A DNA stretch of 64,000 nucleotides from the human T2T-CHM13v2.0 reference genome, Homo sapiens, in the NCBI RefSeq assembly GCF_009914755.1, contig NC_060941.1, one strand, 5' to 3'. Positions within the stretch are counted from its first letter, which is position 1. Every line of letters starts with the position of its first letter. Shown piece by piece: positions 1-16,785 of this stretch. The position numbers and the translations under genes were made by a program. The notes under the pieces were generated by a model. That model saw only the letters and a program-made list of their open reading frames with translations. It made no database searches and was not told where the DNA came from.

Positions 1-196
<196 letters not shown>

Positions 197-1313
197 AAAA
201 CTTTTAATATAAATTCTACTGTCACCAGTATTTGATAGTAGACTGTGGAAGTTAGGTAAGATCAGAGTCTGTGTCACATAAAAGCAAATGTATGGCTAAG
301 AAGGAAAAAAAAACCTTTGCTTCACACGTATCCATGTAATAGAGGTTTATCCTCACTTCCCCCTTTCCCCTCCCTCAGTCAATTTGCAATAATAATAATT
401 TAAAAAAGGTAAAGTGGTGATGTCGTGGAACAAATTACTTTGCTTGAAAGACACAACTGCAGGTTGGTGTTTACGGGAGGACTCAGACTTGGCATGGTAT
501 TGTGAGGCAAAGAGGACGCTTGTTAGGAACTTGTGATCATTATTGAACCAGGCAGGGGAACCTGGGCCCCTGAACTCTGTCTCTTTATACTGCATTTTGA
601 AAGCAGCACTTGGCTCTCTAATTGCCCCATATGCTGGTTTTATTCGGTGGCTCAGCTGGGTGGAGTGAACTCTGGGAAGAGATGCATTCATTTTTAGTTA
701 CCTCACCAGATTGCTAATTTTCACTCTGGAGGCATAAATCACCATAATTACTGTAATCCCAAGACGAAGGGACTTGCTATTCTGGCACAAGGGCAGCAGC
801 TATTTGTACCGCCAAAGCTGTTCTACCTGAGAGCTGGGGAAAGAGTTGCATATGGCTGGTTCTGCCAGGACACTCTTAGATTTGGGGTGGAGGGTGTGCT
901 CGGAGCCCATTATCCTTTACTTGGGAGAAATGGAGATCCTGGAGGAGCAGTTTCTTCTGTGTTAGTGGCAAGCCTGTGGCTTAAGACAGAGCTTTGGCCC
1001 TCGGCTCACTGCACAGCCCACACTGCCCAGCTGTTGACATGTTTGACTTGCAAACAGAACATCAACAGAACTTCAGAACTTCAGTTCCTCTTCTCTCATC
1101 TTTTCCCATCAACTCATTCCTTGGTTTGTCTTGGTTTTTGTTTTTGCATTTCTCCTGAGGAAATCCTTATTAATTTCTGAAGAAATTACCTCAAATAGAA
1201 ACCAGATACTACAAAAATCCCTAGTACCCTGGAGCAGAGGCTAAATATCATTAGGGAGGGGGAAAACAGAAAAAGCCCAGTGTAACTTGTCACTTTGTCA
1301 TTCATACTTATAA

Positions 1314-1777
<464 letters not shown>

Positions 1778-1867
1778 CAGTGTTTTTCTTTTTAAATAAA
1801 ATCAACCTAAACTAAGTCTAAAAAATACCAACTAGATCCTGAATCAAGGTCGCTTAAAAGATGAGTA

Positions 1868-2144
1868 ACTGGCGCAGTGGCTCATGGCTGTAATCCCAGC
1901 ACTTTGGGAGTCTGAGGCGGGCAGATCACGAGGTCAGGAGATCGAGACCATCCTGGCTAACACGGGAAACCCCGTCTCTACTAAAAATACAAAAAGTTAG
2001 CTGGGCGTGGTGGCAGGCGCCTGTAGTCCCAGCTACTCAGGAGGCTGAGGCAGGAGAATGGTGTGAACCCGGGATGCAGAGCTTGCAGTGAGCCGAGATT
2101 GTGCCACTGCACTCTAGCCTGGGCAACAGAGCAAGACACCATCT

Positions 2145-2178
<34 letters not shown>

Positions 2179-2205
2179 AAAGAAAAAAGAAAAAAAGAAA
2201 AAAGA
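1868..2205 (+). mobile_element. AluY-like element with long A-rich tail
   Basis: GAGATCGAGACCATCCTGGCTAACACG diagnostic; about 60-nt A-rich tail. Confidence 0.9.
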
Positions 2206-3654
2206 TGAAAAACTGATAAATAAATATGAAAAAATTCCTTGCCATTTCCACAGAAGGTGGAGAGGCCGAGATGGGGGAATACCATTTTCTTGACAAGTTC
2301 ATATCATAATGGTGTCTGGGTGCCTGGCTTTGTGTTTGTTTTTGCCTGACATTTTGAAGAGTCTTAAAATGCAAGAGAAATGGGAAACTTGACTATACCA
2401 AAAAAAAAATCTGCTTAGGAAGAACATTTTTTTTTTTTTTTTTTTGCCTAATACTATAAAGCCTTGGAGAATTTAGAATCTAAAGCATCTGTTATTGCTG
2501 ATGGCAGGTTGATGGCCTAAAAAGAGAGGGAACTGTAGGTCAGGAATGTTTTGCGCAAAAATGAGGCTGCGCTTGGGTATTAGAAAATAAGGCAAACAAA
2601 TAACAGATTGCAACAGGATAAACTGCCCTGTGAAGTAGACTTGCCCTCCAACCCCAATCTGCCTGCCCTCAGATGACGGTAAACAGACCAGCTTTTTTTT
2701 TTTTTTTTCTGTCTTCCAATCACCTGCCCTCATGTTTAGGCAGCAGAGATCTAAGTTATAAACACAGCTCTGCCAGGAGACCCCTTGGCTGAGAATGGCA
2801 TTCAGAGTATTCTAGTTCTTCCTTGATGTTTTTCCACTTTCAGACCTCCTATCCTTTTTAGAACCTGCCACAGTGCCTGGTCACAAGGTTGAAGTTTAAT
2901 ACAAATTTAATAAGTTGGTCCAAATTTGGAGATGAATTCTGGGGAAAAGTCAAACAGTGAAAAATAAGGAATTTTACTTTCTCTGGGGGCTCCCAGGCTC
3001 TCTGGTTGGGTCAGGGCCCAAGTGGAGCAGGGAAGAAGGGGCCACTCTTTCTGAAGTCTCCCTGCATGAATGACAGTAACAGTTGAGTGGTAGTCATATG
3101 CTTAGAAGCAAACCATTCTGATTTTGCCTCCTAGAGCAGAGATGTCTCCCCTAAGATCCATTTTACCCCAGCAGAAAAGGCCAGGGTTGTCTGGGTTGTG
3201 GCAACACTGTTTTGACAGAAAGCCCTATGATTTTTCTCACAAACTTCCCTAAGGATGCTGTCTTTCAGCTACACGTACTTAGATAATTTCTTCTCCCTTA
3301 CCAACTCAACCTGATGTTGCTAAGAGGTTCAGTACTTTCTCTCTGCTTTCTACCTCATCCCAACCCCCAAGTTCTTTCCCAAATTCCAGCAGCTGGGACC
3401 AGTCTCTGGGACAGAGCAGAAATAACATGGAAATCGGGGGTAGGGTTAAACACATCTATAAGTCTAGGAACAGGCAGAAAAGTAACATCCCTGTTACTAC
3501 AAGTTTGGTATCAGGAAATAATTTCTTATCCATCATGAGTGGTGATATGGGTAGTATGAGCATAAGTTATATGTAGAGGTAAATTATTTACTGGGCTATT
3601 AAAGGGCCACATGGAGGCTGTCCAAGGAAAGTCATACAATAATAATGGAAATTT

Positions 3655-3956
3655 ATTATTATTATTTTATTTTTTGAAACAGAGTATCACTGTCGCCCAG
3701 GCTAGAGTACATTGGCGTGATCTTGGCTCACTGCAACCTCCGCCTCCTGGGTTCAAGCAATTCTCCTGACTCAGCCTCCCGAATAGCTGGGACTACAAGT
3801 GTATGCCACCACGCCCGACTAATTTTTGTAGTTTTAGTAGAGTCGGGGTTTCACCATGTTGGCCGGGCTGGTCTCGAACTCCTGACCTCAGGCGATCTGC
3901 CTGCTTCAGCCTCCCAAAGTGCTGGGATTACAGGTGTGAGCCACTGCACCCGACCT
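3655..3956 (-). mobile_element. AluS
   Basis: Alu consensus; AATAATG(G/A)AAATT flanks. Confidence 0.9.
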
Positions 3957-4965
3957 AATAATGAAAATTAATTATATCTGATATTATGTTGAAAAATATT
4001 CTATCCAGAGGACAGTTCGGAAACATTTACTTTTGCACTGCGTTCGATTCACGGTCTCTTATGGGGAGGAAGAGTAGGAGGATTCCATGTGCATCTGTGT
4101 TTGGGCTGTCAAGTTATCTGTATCTACATAACTATTTGTTTTCCTTTGGCTTCAAAGAAATTTTTGGTGTTGCAAGAAATATGTATATTGCAGAAAAACT
4201 GTCACTTCTTAAAATGTGCAGTTAATGGCATATCTAAATAAAATGTAATGTTTTGCTGTTAATATTTACTATTGATATATATGTTCAATAATTCCCAAAC
4301 AATTCTAACATTTAGTATTTATTAATTCTAGTATTTATTGCTACTACTGCTGCTACATGTTATGGTTCCATAGCCCCTATTCTGACAGAGCTTTGAAAAC
4401 AAAACAAACTCCCTATCTGTTCCTCCTTCCGGTTAAATATTGGAGGAAAGCAGAATAGTAATATTAATTTTTAAAGAGAAAGAAGCACAGAGAATGAACA
4501 TCAGATAGAATAAGCCCTTGAAATCGTAACTCCAAGCTGGCAAATTGAGCACATTGGATCAAGTGCAGAGTTTTCCATTCTATTCATGGGGAGAAAGAGG
4601 AAGCGAAATGGGGAGGGGTAGGAAGAACTCAGAGGGTTTAGTAGTGATTCCTTAGGAACCTGGAAACCTGGAGCTTCTGGAGACAGTGAGAACAATGGCT
4701 GGGTTTTTCTCTGCCTGTCATTTTTCAGTCCATGATGAGATGTTGAAGAAACAGAGTCCAAAGGTACACCAGTGTAAAAATGTTGCCAAAGTGAAAAGTG
4801 GGAGACTGATTTCCTCCTTCCGATTGATTGGAGAGCCATTCACTTTAGGGTGCTTCTGTTTCCTTACTCATCACACAGAGCACTGGAGTGTGGGAAAAAT
4901 CCCCATCCCACATTAAGGTTGCCACAAAGGTAAAAAAGACCTGAAGCAGAAGTTGGGAGACCTGA

Positions 4966-5869
<904 letters not shown>

Positions 5870-6129
5870 TAGGGTAGAGCAACATTATTCTAGTTTACAG
5901 ATGAGAAAACTAAGGCCCCAGAGATTGATTTGCCCAAGCAGCCAGCTGGCAGTGGAAGTGCCAGTTTCTTCGTGTGTAAAACAAGAGAAGGCAATCTACT
6001 GCCTACTGGCTTGTCAAGGGTCACTTGAGATCGGACGACAGGAACCACAAAGAAGTGAGGCCGGGAATTTGCGGATCCACAGTAAAGCAAGTTTGTCTTT
6101 TTCCAGACGTGCATTAAGATTCCTTTTTC

Positions 6130-6700
6130 AAGTGTTCTAAAGCGCAGGCGCAGGCTGTTTTGCGGTTGCCTCCCGGCGCCTCTTGTGCAGGCCGGGGTCG
6201 CCCTCTGCCGACCCAGGGCGGGAGCGCGCTGAGTGAACGTTTCCAGGCCTGAGGGCGGGCGGAGATTTTTCTCGCCTGTAGAGGGCGCAGATCGGCGTGC
6301 AGAGTAACCCACTCTAGTTGTCCCTTCCTTAAGCACTTCCTGTTTGATCTCTATGATCCATCCTGTTGGGACTTGATTCGTTCCTCAAATTTTCAATTTA
6401 CCGTAAACAAAGGGGACGCGCGCTGACCCGGAAGTGAAAGCTGGAACCCGGCCGGAGTAGCTCTGAGCGCCGGCTGTGAGGAAGGAGGTTCTGGGCAAGC
6501 TATAGCCATGGCTGTGGCTGTAGCCATGGCGGGAGCCTTAATCGGGTCGGAGCCAGGCCCCGCGGAAGAACTTGCCAAACTCGAGTACCTGTCTTTGGTG
6601 TCAAAGGTTTGCACTGAGCTGGACAATCACTTGGGGATCAACGACAAGGACCTTGGTGAGCTCGGGGAGGTCCCTGGGACCTCAGTTTGGGATTGAGGGA
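6130..6700 (+). promoter_or_regulatory. DHX8: CpG-rich TATA-less promoter and first exon region of DHX8
   Basis: Local CpG/GC enrichment. NRF1-like GCGCAGGCGC 6142-6151, GC boxes ~6253-6262, ETS sites CACTTCCTG 6334-6342 and CCGGAAGTG ~6428-6436, forkhead GTAAACAA 6403-6410, all just upstream of ATG 6508. Confidence 0.85.
6508..6655 (+). CDS. DHX8: DHX8 exon 1 coding part ([13 protein letters not shown]...NDKDL)
   Basis: Kozak GCCATGG; recognised DHX8 N-terminus; donor G|gtgagc; 148 nt. Confidence 0.97.
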
Positions 6701-7086
6701 AGCGGAAGGAGGAAGGAGAAAGGTGGTTGATGGACCGAAAGTATGTTCGTGTGAATCTGTCTCTCTCTGTCGCAGACACCGGTGCCCAGGGTACACGCTG
6801 CCGTGGCCTCGGCTTGAGAGCCCTCGAGAAACTTTAGAAACTTTCCCAGAGCTGTCAGTGAAGCCCGGGGCGGTCATCTCTGCTTGATTGTTTTTTGTTT
6901 GTTTTTTCAGCCTCAATTAAACATGTTTAACAACAACAGCAGCAGATGCTGCGATGACGACGATGATGGCTGACGTTTATTGGGTGCTCACTATGTGCTA
7001 GATGCGATGCTCAGCTCTTTATTGACATTATTTTATTTGGTCTTCACGCCACTCTGTGACATAGTAGTTAGCGTCTGTGCTTTTAA

Positions 7087-7474
<388 letters not shown>

Positions 7475-8346
7475 TAGAAAAGGCTAGGGTCCTAAAGCTA
7501 AAGCCATAGACAGATGGAGCCTTTATGAAGGTACAGAGGATGGATGGGATCAAGGGCAACCAATGGATGGATTGACCTTTGGTACGTACAGCAAGGCTTC
7601 TTCAGTTGTAACAGGAGCGAGGACAGAGAATACAGTTGCAGATTCAGATGAGTTTAGAGATTGGTGGTGGGAAGATGAGTGAGAGAGTTCCAGCCCACTC
7701 TTCAGTTTCCTAAATGAAGATAAAGTCATCAACCGGAGGGATGGAAGGGAAGGGGCAGGTGACAGGAGGGGTTAGGGAAGTTAGACGAGTGACCTTTGGT
7801 AAGATTCATAGTTTCTCTGAAGCTGTTTTTCTCATCTGTGAAGTGGGACGATGTCTTCACAGGGTCACCATATAGCATTTAGGAAGATGCCCTGCAGCCA
7901 GTATATTTTAGTTTACTTTTTTCTCTTGCCTCCCAGCCAAGATGTGTCTGTCCTATATAACTTTTCCCGCAGGATTCTTCTCTTTTAGTTGATAATGAGG
8001 TGATAATTTCGTCGGTTTTGCTATCTCGTTAATATGTTTCCTTTATTCAGCAAATATTGAGCTGGGGGCTAGGCATACCACAGAGAACAAGACAGATTTC
8101 TGCTTTCAGGGAGCTTACCTTTCTCTCTGTTTTCATTTTAACTCCTAATACCTTGGCCTTTTAGAAGAAACAAAAAAGTTATTGACATTAACCCCCAGTG
8201 TTTAATTGTTTTGATGTTAACTTCATTTGTGTACAAAAATAGAGCGAAGTATAAACTTCATAATCTTTTAGTTTATTTATAGCTAAAGATCTCAATTAAT
8301 TTGCAGAAAACCCACAAATATGCTTTTTCTGTTACATACAGAATTA

Positions 8347-9356
<1,010 letters not shown>

Positions 9357-10157
9357 GATTACTGATGGCTGGCAGTGAGAATGTGCTTCAGACTGCTTTG
9401 GGAGGGGCTCTTTTGAGCATGACATGCCTAGCACCATGGGACTTAGTTCTCCCTCCACATTTCTTGAAAGAATGTAGCCTCTGAAGTTAGATTGCCTGGG
9501 TTTTATTCCTAGCTCCCCCCAGTTATTATTGGGTAGGTCAGTGTCTCAAACCGTCAGCTTCCTCATTGTAAAACATGACAATAATAGCACCTACTTATGA
9601 GGGTTGTTTTGGGGATCATGAAGTAACCCATAAAAAGCACTTAGCATAGTGCCTGGCACGTAGTAATGTTCAAAAAGTATTAACCATTGACATTATCGTT
9701 ACTAACTTATTATGCATAAGATGTGTTCGTGTAGCCTGATGGCATTTGGCTTTCACTTTATCAGAAAGATAAAGGCACATTCCAGGATGGAAATTGTATG
9801 GTAGTACTACTTTATGAGTTAGTCATCTAGATCTTTCATGTTATTTATTCATTTACTTTTCTAGGATTAGCATTCAAATGAAAGCATTACAGTTTTTTTG
9901 TGGGTCTCATAGTATGAGGCTTATTATCTCAGTCTACTCCCGAGTAGCTAGGACTACAGATGCATACCACCACCCCCGGCTGATTTTTGTATTTTTTGTA
10001 GAGATGGTGTTTTGCCATGTTGCCCAGGCTGGTCTTTAACTCCTGGGCTCGAGCAATCTGCCCACCACAACCTCCCAAAGTGCTGGCATTACAGGCGTGA
10101 GCCACTGTCTGAAAGTAGCTTAATAAATAGCTCTAATATTAGAAGTTTCAAGAACTA

Positions 10158-11133
<976 letters not shown>

Positions 11134-11441
11134 TCATCAATGTGGAGATTGCACCACCCAGCAGCTGCCTGGCCCTCATATACAGATTGGGTCTGTCCTT
11201 CTGTTGTGTGCCTCTGTGTGTCTACATGGGCTCATGCTTTTTATTGTCACCTTTACAGTCTAGTCTAGGTGGCAGCGTGCCCAGGTAGTGGTTTTGTGAG
11301 AAGAGGGTACCATGATGTGGGTCAAATAGGTCTTCCTAGTTTAAATGCACTCAAGGGCTACATTGAGCCATTTTGTAGTAATATCTTCCTTTCATTTGTA
11401 TAAATTCTCTAGAATATGTGTGGATAATTTCAGCAGTCTAG

Positions 11442-12325
<884 letters not shown>

Positions 12326-12850
12326 ATAATTTATGTTTTAATGTCACTATTGATTTTAAATTTTGATAGGGTTTAATATAGGATTTTGATATAGGAAGGA
12401 GACAATTTTATACATATCAATTAAATAAGCCATTAAGTGTGTAATGTTTTCATGCCATTAAGTAGTGATGATTTAACCAGATTTTCTGTGATACCTCTAG
12501 GAAAACAGGGCAGGATTTTCATCATTAAGTCTTTGTAGGTATTTACATTCTTGTTCTGTGAGTCAGGAAGTTGGAAACAAGTTTTGGGGGTAGTTCTAAA
12601 CCTTGGGAAATAAAATGGTTGCAGGGAGCCTAATAACTTTTCTCCCCAAAGAGTCCTAAATATCGGCTTTCTCTGAAGCTATTATACTAGGTTCATGCTA
12701 CACCAGGTTGACACACTATGTTTCATGTATTCCAATTAGCTAAATTCAAGTGCGTAACCACCCTTCCCTACAGGACATTCTTTGCCTTTTAAGTGTATTT
12801 AAGCACTGATATGGGAGCTGACAATTTTCGTTCTATGTTTCTTTTCAAAG

Positions 12851-12923
12851 GATTCTCTTATTAGTAACTTGCTGCGTCTCATACAAACCATGCGGCCTCC
12901 AGCGAAGCCTTCCACTAGCAAAG
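12851..12923 (+). CDS. DHX8: DHX8 exon 3 ([24 protein letters not shown])
   Basis: tcaaag| acceptor, |gtaagc donor; 73 nt. Confidence 0.96.
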
Positions 12924-13624
12924 GTAAGCAGAGCTTCCAGCTGAGCTTAGCTTCTAGAATGGTGTAGGTTTTGAACATCCTGTAAATTGCATTTGTTTTC
13001 CTCTCAGCAGTTGCTGAGCAAGTAAATGTTCCAGTAAGATTTTTCAAATGGGCTGGGCCTAGCGGCTCACTGCTGGAATCCCAGCACTTTGGGAGGCCAA
13101 GGTGGGAGTATCACTTGAGCCCAGGAGTTTTAGACCAGCCTGGGCAACATAGAGAGACCTCATCTCTACAAAAAAATAAAAAAATTAGCCAGGCATGATG
13201 GCGTGCCTCCGTAGTTCCAGCTACTTGGGAGGCTAAGGAAGGAGTGTTGCTTGAGTCCAAAAGGGTGAAGCTGCAGTGAGCCATAGTTGCACCAATGTAC
13301 TTTAGCCTGAGTGACAGAGGTTTTTTTCCCCGTTTCAAGGGGAAAAAAAATTTCAAACGACTTAAGACAAAATAAAAAAGATAAGACATAACCCAATGAG
13401 TATTGCTACACTCCTCTTTCTGCTACATTTCGAGATAGTTTGTGATCAATGTATTTAGAAAATTAAATTACATTTATAGTAACAGGTATGATTAATATAT
13501 AGCAAAATGCCATGTTCTGTTTCAGTTTGATACAAATCTATTGTTGAAGTTATTTTGTTAATCATTAATAATATTAAATATATATCTCTTTTTTTAACCC
13601 CTTCATGCTCTTTAATGAAACAAG

Positions 13625-13710
13625 ATCCAGTTGTTAAACCTAAAACAGAAAAAGAAAAGCTGAAGGAACTCTTCCCAGTCCTTTGCCAACCGGACAACCC
13701 TTCTGTTCGG
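13625..13710 (+). CDS. DHX8: DHX8 exon 4 ([29 protein letters not shown])
   Basis: aacaag| acceptor (weak), |gtactg donor; 86 nt keeps the frame. Confidence 0.92.
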
Positions 13711-14642
13711 GTACTGATACCATTTTAAGAGTGTCTACTATAAATATATATTCTCAACCCCTTTTCTTTGTCTCATAGTAATTTTATTAATTTTAAGTTT
13801 GCCTTTGTTGTAACTTATTTTTAAGAATGAAAGTGTTTGATCACTCCCTGAGCATGTACTATGTATTGAATTTGTTAAGGGGTTCTGAGAATGATATTCA
13901 AGGGAAATGAGATTGGGAATTTGGGGAAGTAGTGATTAGGAATATGAAATAAGGTTCTGGAACAGATGCCTAAGGTGTGAAATTAGATTTTTTTTTTTTG
14001 CTCTGTTACTTGTTAAAGGTCTAATTTTTAAAGCATTTTGATTTTTAAATTTCATTTTAATAAATATTTATTGAGTACTTACTGTATGCCAAACACTGTT
14101 CTAAGTACCTGGATAACAGCAGTGAACAGAACAGACAAGAGTTTCAGCCTTTGGAGATTATATCCTAATTTTGGGGTAGGGAGCAGGAAATAAACATGTA
14201 AACATTCTGGTGGGGAGGAGATAGGCAATAAACAAACAAATAGGTATGTAACATAGCAGATAGCAATAAGGGCTATTTAAAAAAATAAAGCTGGAGTGGG
14301 GGTAGGGAGGAAGAGTGCAGAGGGAGAGTTGCTTTTTAAAATTTTTAACACCTGTTTTCTATTAATATAATCATCACTTGCATTCTTTCATGGCAGGGAT
14401 GATTAATATCTAACTGCCTTTCATAGAATTCTATTAAGGACAGAGGGGATTTGTCAAATGTAGCAGTAATTCTCAAGAGCCTTTTTTCCATTTCTTCTGC
14501 ATCTATCCTGAATCAAGTTTGAAATCTCTGCCCCTCTTCTATTTCCCTCACATAGTGATTAGTGATTTATAGATGTACCTGAGGTACATACAGATTCTTG
14601 AGTAGTTTTTTTTCCTAACTTTGCCGGCCTCTACCTCTGCAG

Positions 14643-14752
14643 ACCATGTTGGATGAAGATGATGTGAAAGTTGCTGTGGATGTCCTGAAAGAACTGGAAG
14701 CTTTAATGCCCAGCGCAGCAGGCCAGGAGAAGCAAAGAGATGCTGAACACCG
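14643..14752 (+). CDS. DHX8: DHX8 exon 5 ([13 protein letters not shown]...DAEHR)
   Basis: ctgcag| acceptor, |gtttgt donor; 110 nt. Confidence 0.95.
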
Positions 14753-15140
14753 GTTTGTCCTTAGTGTCCTGTCCTTTGGAAGTTTAGGGTACTGTGACAG
14801 TTGAATATTATGGACCAGCCAAGCAAAATTTTGGGCAAGTTTACAGAATCTGGACTGGTCATATATCATATTGTTGGATCTGTTTTCATTGCTTCCTGCT
14901 AAGTGTATGTAGCAAATGCTAGGTTGTTCAGAATATAGAAGTCAGGGTTGAAAGAGGCTGAATATGTTTGTGGCTCAATTCTTTATTGGCTTATAGGGAT
15001 GTCGTAGTTATTGAAACTCTAATTTAGTTCAAAACCTAGTGGGTACCTACCATGTGCATGGCACTGTACTGGGTGCTTGGGGATGCGAAGATGAAATCGG
15101 ATTGGTTTCTTTTTTAAACAGGTGCTTATTGATTTGTTAG

Positions 15141-15500
15141 GGACAGGACAAAGAAGAAGAAGCGGAGTCGAAGCCGAGATCGAAACCGAGATCGAGACAG
15201 AGATAGGGAACGAAACCGAGATAGAGACCACAAGCGGAGACACCGATCCCGCTCTCGATCACGTTCCAGGACCCGGGAGAGGAATAAAGTGAAGTCTAGA
15301 TATCGGTCCAGGAGCAGGAGTCAGAGTCCCCCCAAAGACCGGAAGGACCGGGACAAATATGGAGAGCGGAATCTGGATAGATGGCGGGATAAGCATGTGG
15401 ACCGCCCTCCTCCAGAAGAGCCCACCATTGGTGACATTTATAATGGCAAAGTTACCAGCATCATGCAGTTTGGTTGCTTTGTGCAGCTGGAAGGACTAAG
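15141..15500 (+). CDS. DHX8: DHX8 exon 6 (RS/RD-rich domain and start of S1 domain)
   Basis: tgttag| acceptor, |gtaatg donor; 360 nt encoding [14 protein letters not shown]... and [21 protein letters not shown]. Confidence 0.96.
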
Positions 15501-15904
15501 GTAATGACTGGTGCTCTTTTGTTCACACCAGTGATGGGCAGAATTTCTTTTATCACTGAGGATGTTCACATTCTAAAAAGTTACTTTGATTAATGACACT
15601 TTAGTCAAATCAGCCATACATGGTTCTTAGAAATTGACTCTTTTGAAATGTTACAGAGCCATTTATTCCTTTCTCTGTCTTCAGGAGATCTGTCCTTTGC
15701 TTGTTGGGACAGATAGAATTTGCTTCCCCACCCCATGTCTCCCCATGAGGAGAGTGTTAATACTATTTTATTGTTTGACCACCTTCATGGTACTTTTCTC
15801 TTGAGTTTAAGACCATTTTCTTTTGTTAGTTCCAGTAAGGGTAGAAATTGGTTGGGGGAAAAATATTTTTTGGCATGTTCCAGATGTGTCTGGCTCTCCC
15901 TCAG

Positions 15905-16049
15905 GAAGCGGTGGGAAGGCCTGGTGCACATCTCTGAGCTCCGGCGGGAGGGTCGTGTGGCCAATGTAGCTGATGTCGTGAGCAAAGGCCAGAGGGTCAA
16001 AGTCAAAGTGCTGTCCTTCACTGGGACCAAGACCAGCCTGAGCATGAAG
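15905..16049 (+). CDS. DHX8: DHX8 exon 7 (S1 domain, [12 protein letters not shown]...SLSMK)
   Basis: cctcag| acceptor, |gtaggt donor; 145 nt. Confidence 0.97.
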
Positions 16050-16142
16050 GTAGGTGAGATGGTCAGCCTGTTCTTACATGTGATGGCCAAGGGAATGGAA
16101 GAGGACAGCAAGTGAGACAGCTCCCTTGTTTTTGTGCCTTAG

Positions 16143-16346
16143 GATGTGGATCAAGAGACTGGAGAAGATCTAAACCCAAATAGACGGCGAAATCTTGTCG
16201 GGGAGACCAATGAGGAGACCTCAATGCGGAATCCTGATAGACCCACTCACTTGTCCCTTGTCAGTGCTCCTGAAGTAGAGGACGACTCACTGGAACGCAA
16301 GCGCCTCACCCGAATCTCTGACCCAGAGAAGTGGGAGATCAAACAG
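16143..16346 (+). CDS. DHX8: DHX8 exon 8 ([12 protein letters not shown]...KWEIKQ)
   Basis: ccttag| acceptor, |gttggg donor; 204 nt. Confidence 0.96.
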
Positions 16347-16448
16347 GTTGGGGCCTTTACTTTTCATGACCAGATAGTCATTCAGCATGTAGCATGGTGC
16401 TTAGGGGTGTGCCCTGGAGCACGATGGCCTGGGATAACTTTTGGCCAC

Positions 16449-16785
16449 TGTATTAGTCTGTTTTCACACTCCTGATAAAGACGTACCTGAGACTGGGCAA
16501 TTTACTAAAGAAAGAGGTTTATTGGACTTAGAATTCCACTTGGTTGGGGAGGCCTCACAATTATGGAGGAAGGTGAAAGGCATATCTCACATGGCAGTAG
16601 ACAAGAGAGCTTGTGCAGGGAAATGCCCTTTTTAAAACCATCAGATCTCATGAGACTTACTCACTATCGTGACAACAGCGTGGGAAAGAGCTGCCTCCAT
16701 GATTCAGTTACCGTCCACTGGGTCCCTCCCACACACGTGGAAATTCAAGATGAGATTTGGGTGGGGACACAGCCAAACCATATCA
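16449..16785 (-). mobile_element. THE1-type (MaLR) solo LTR
   Basis: TG...CA termini, THE1 end TGATATGGTTTGGCTGTGTCCCCACCCAAATCTCATCTTG on - strand, exact 5-bp TSD GCCAC (16444-16448 and 16786-16790). Confidence 0.92.

Noticed and set aside
353-691. 112-aa - strand ORF
   Set aside because: No recognisable domain or supporting gene structure.
13588-13602. TTTTTAACCC resembling a U12 branch site before exon 4
   Set aside because: The intron 3 donor is GTAAGC (U2 type); no GTATCCTT or ATATCCTT donor in any DHX8 or ETV4 intron here.
16050-16142. 93-nt frame-preserving DHX8 intron 7 as a coding retained intron
   Set aside because: Contains an in-frame TGA at 16113-16115.
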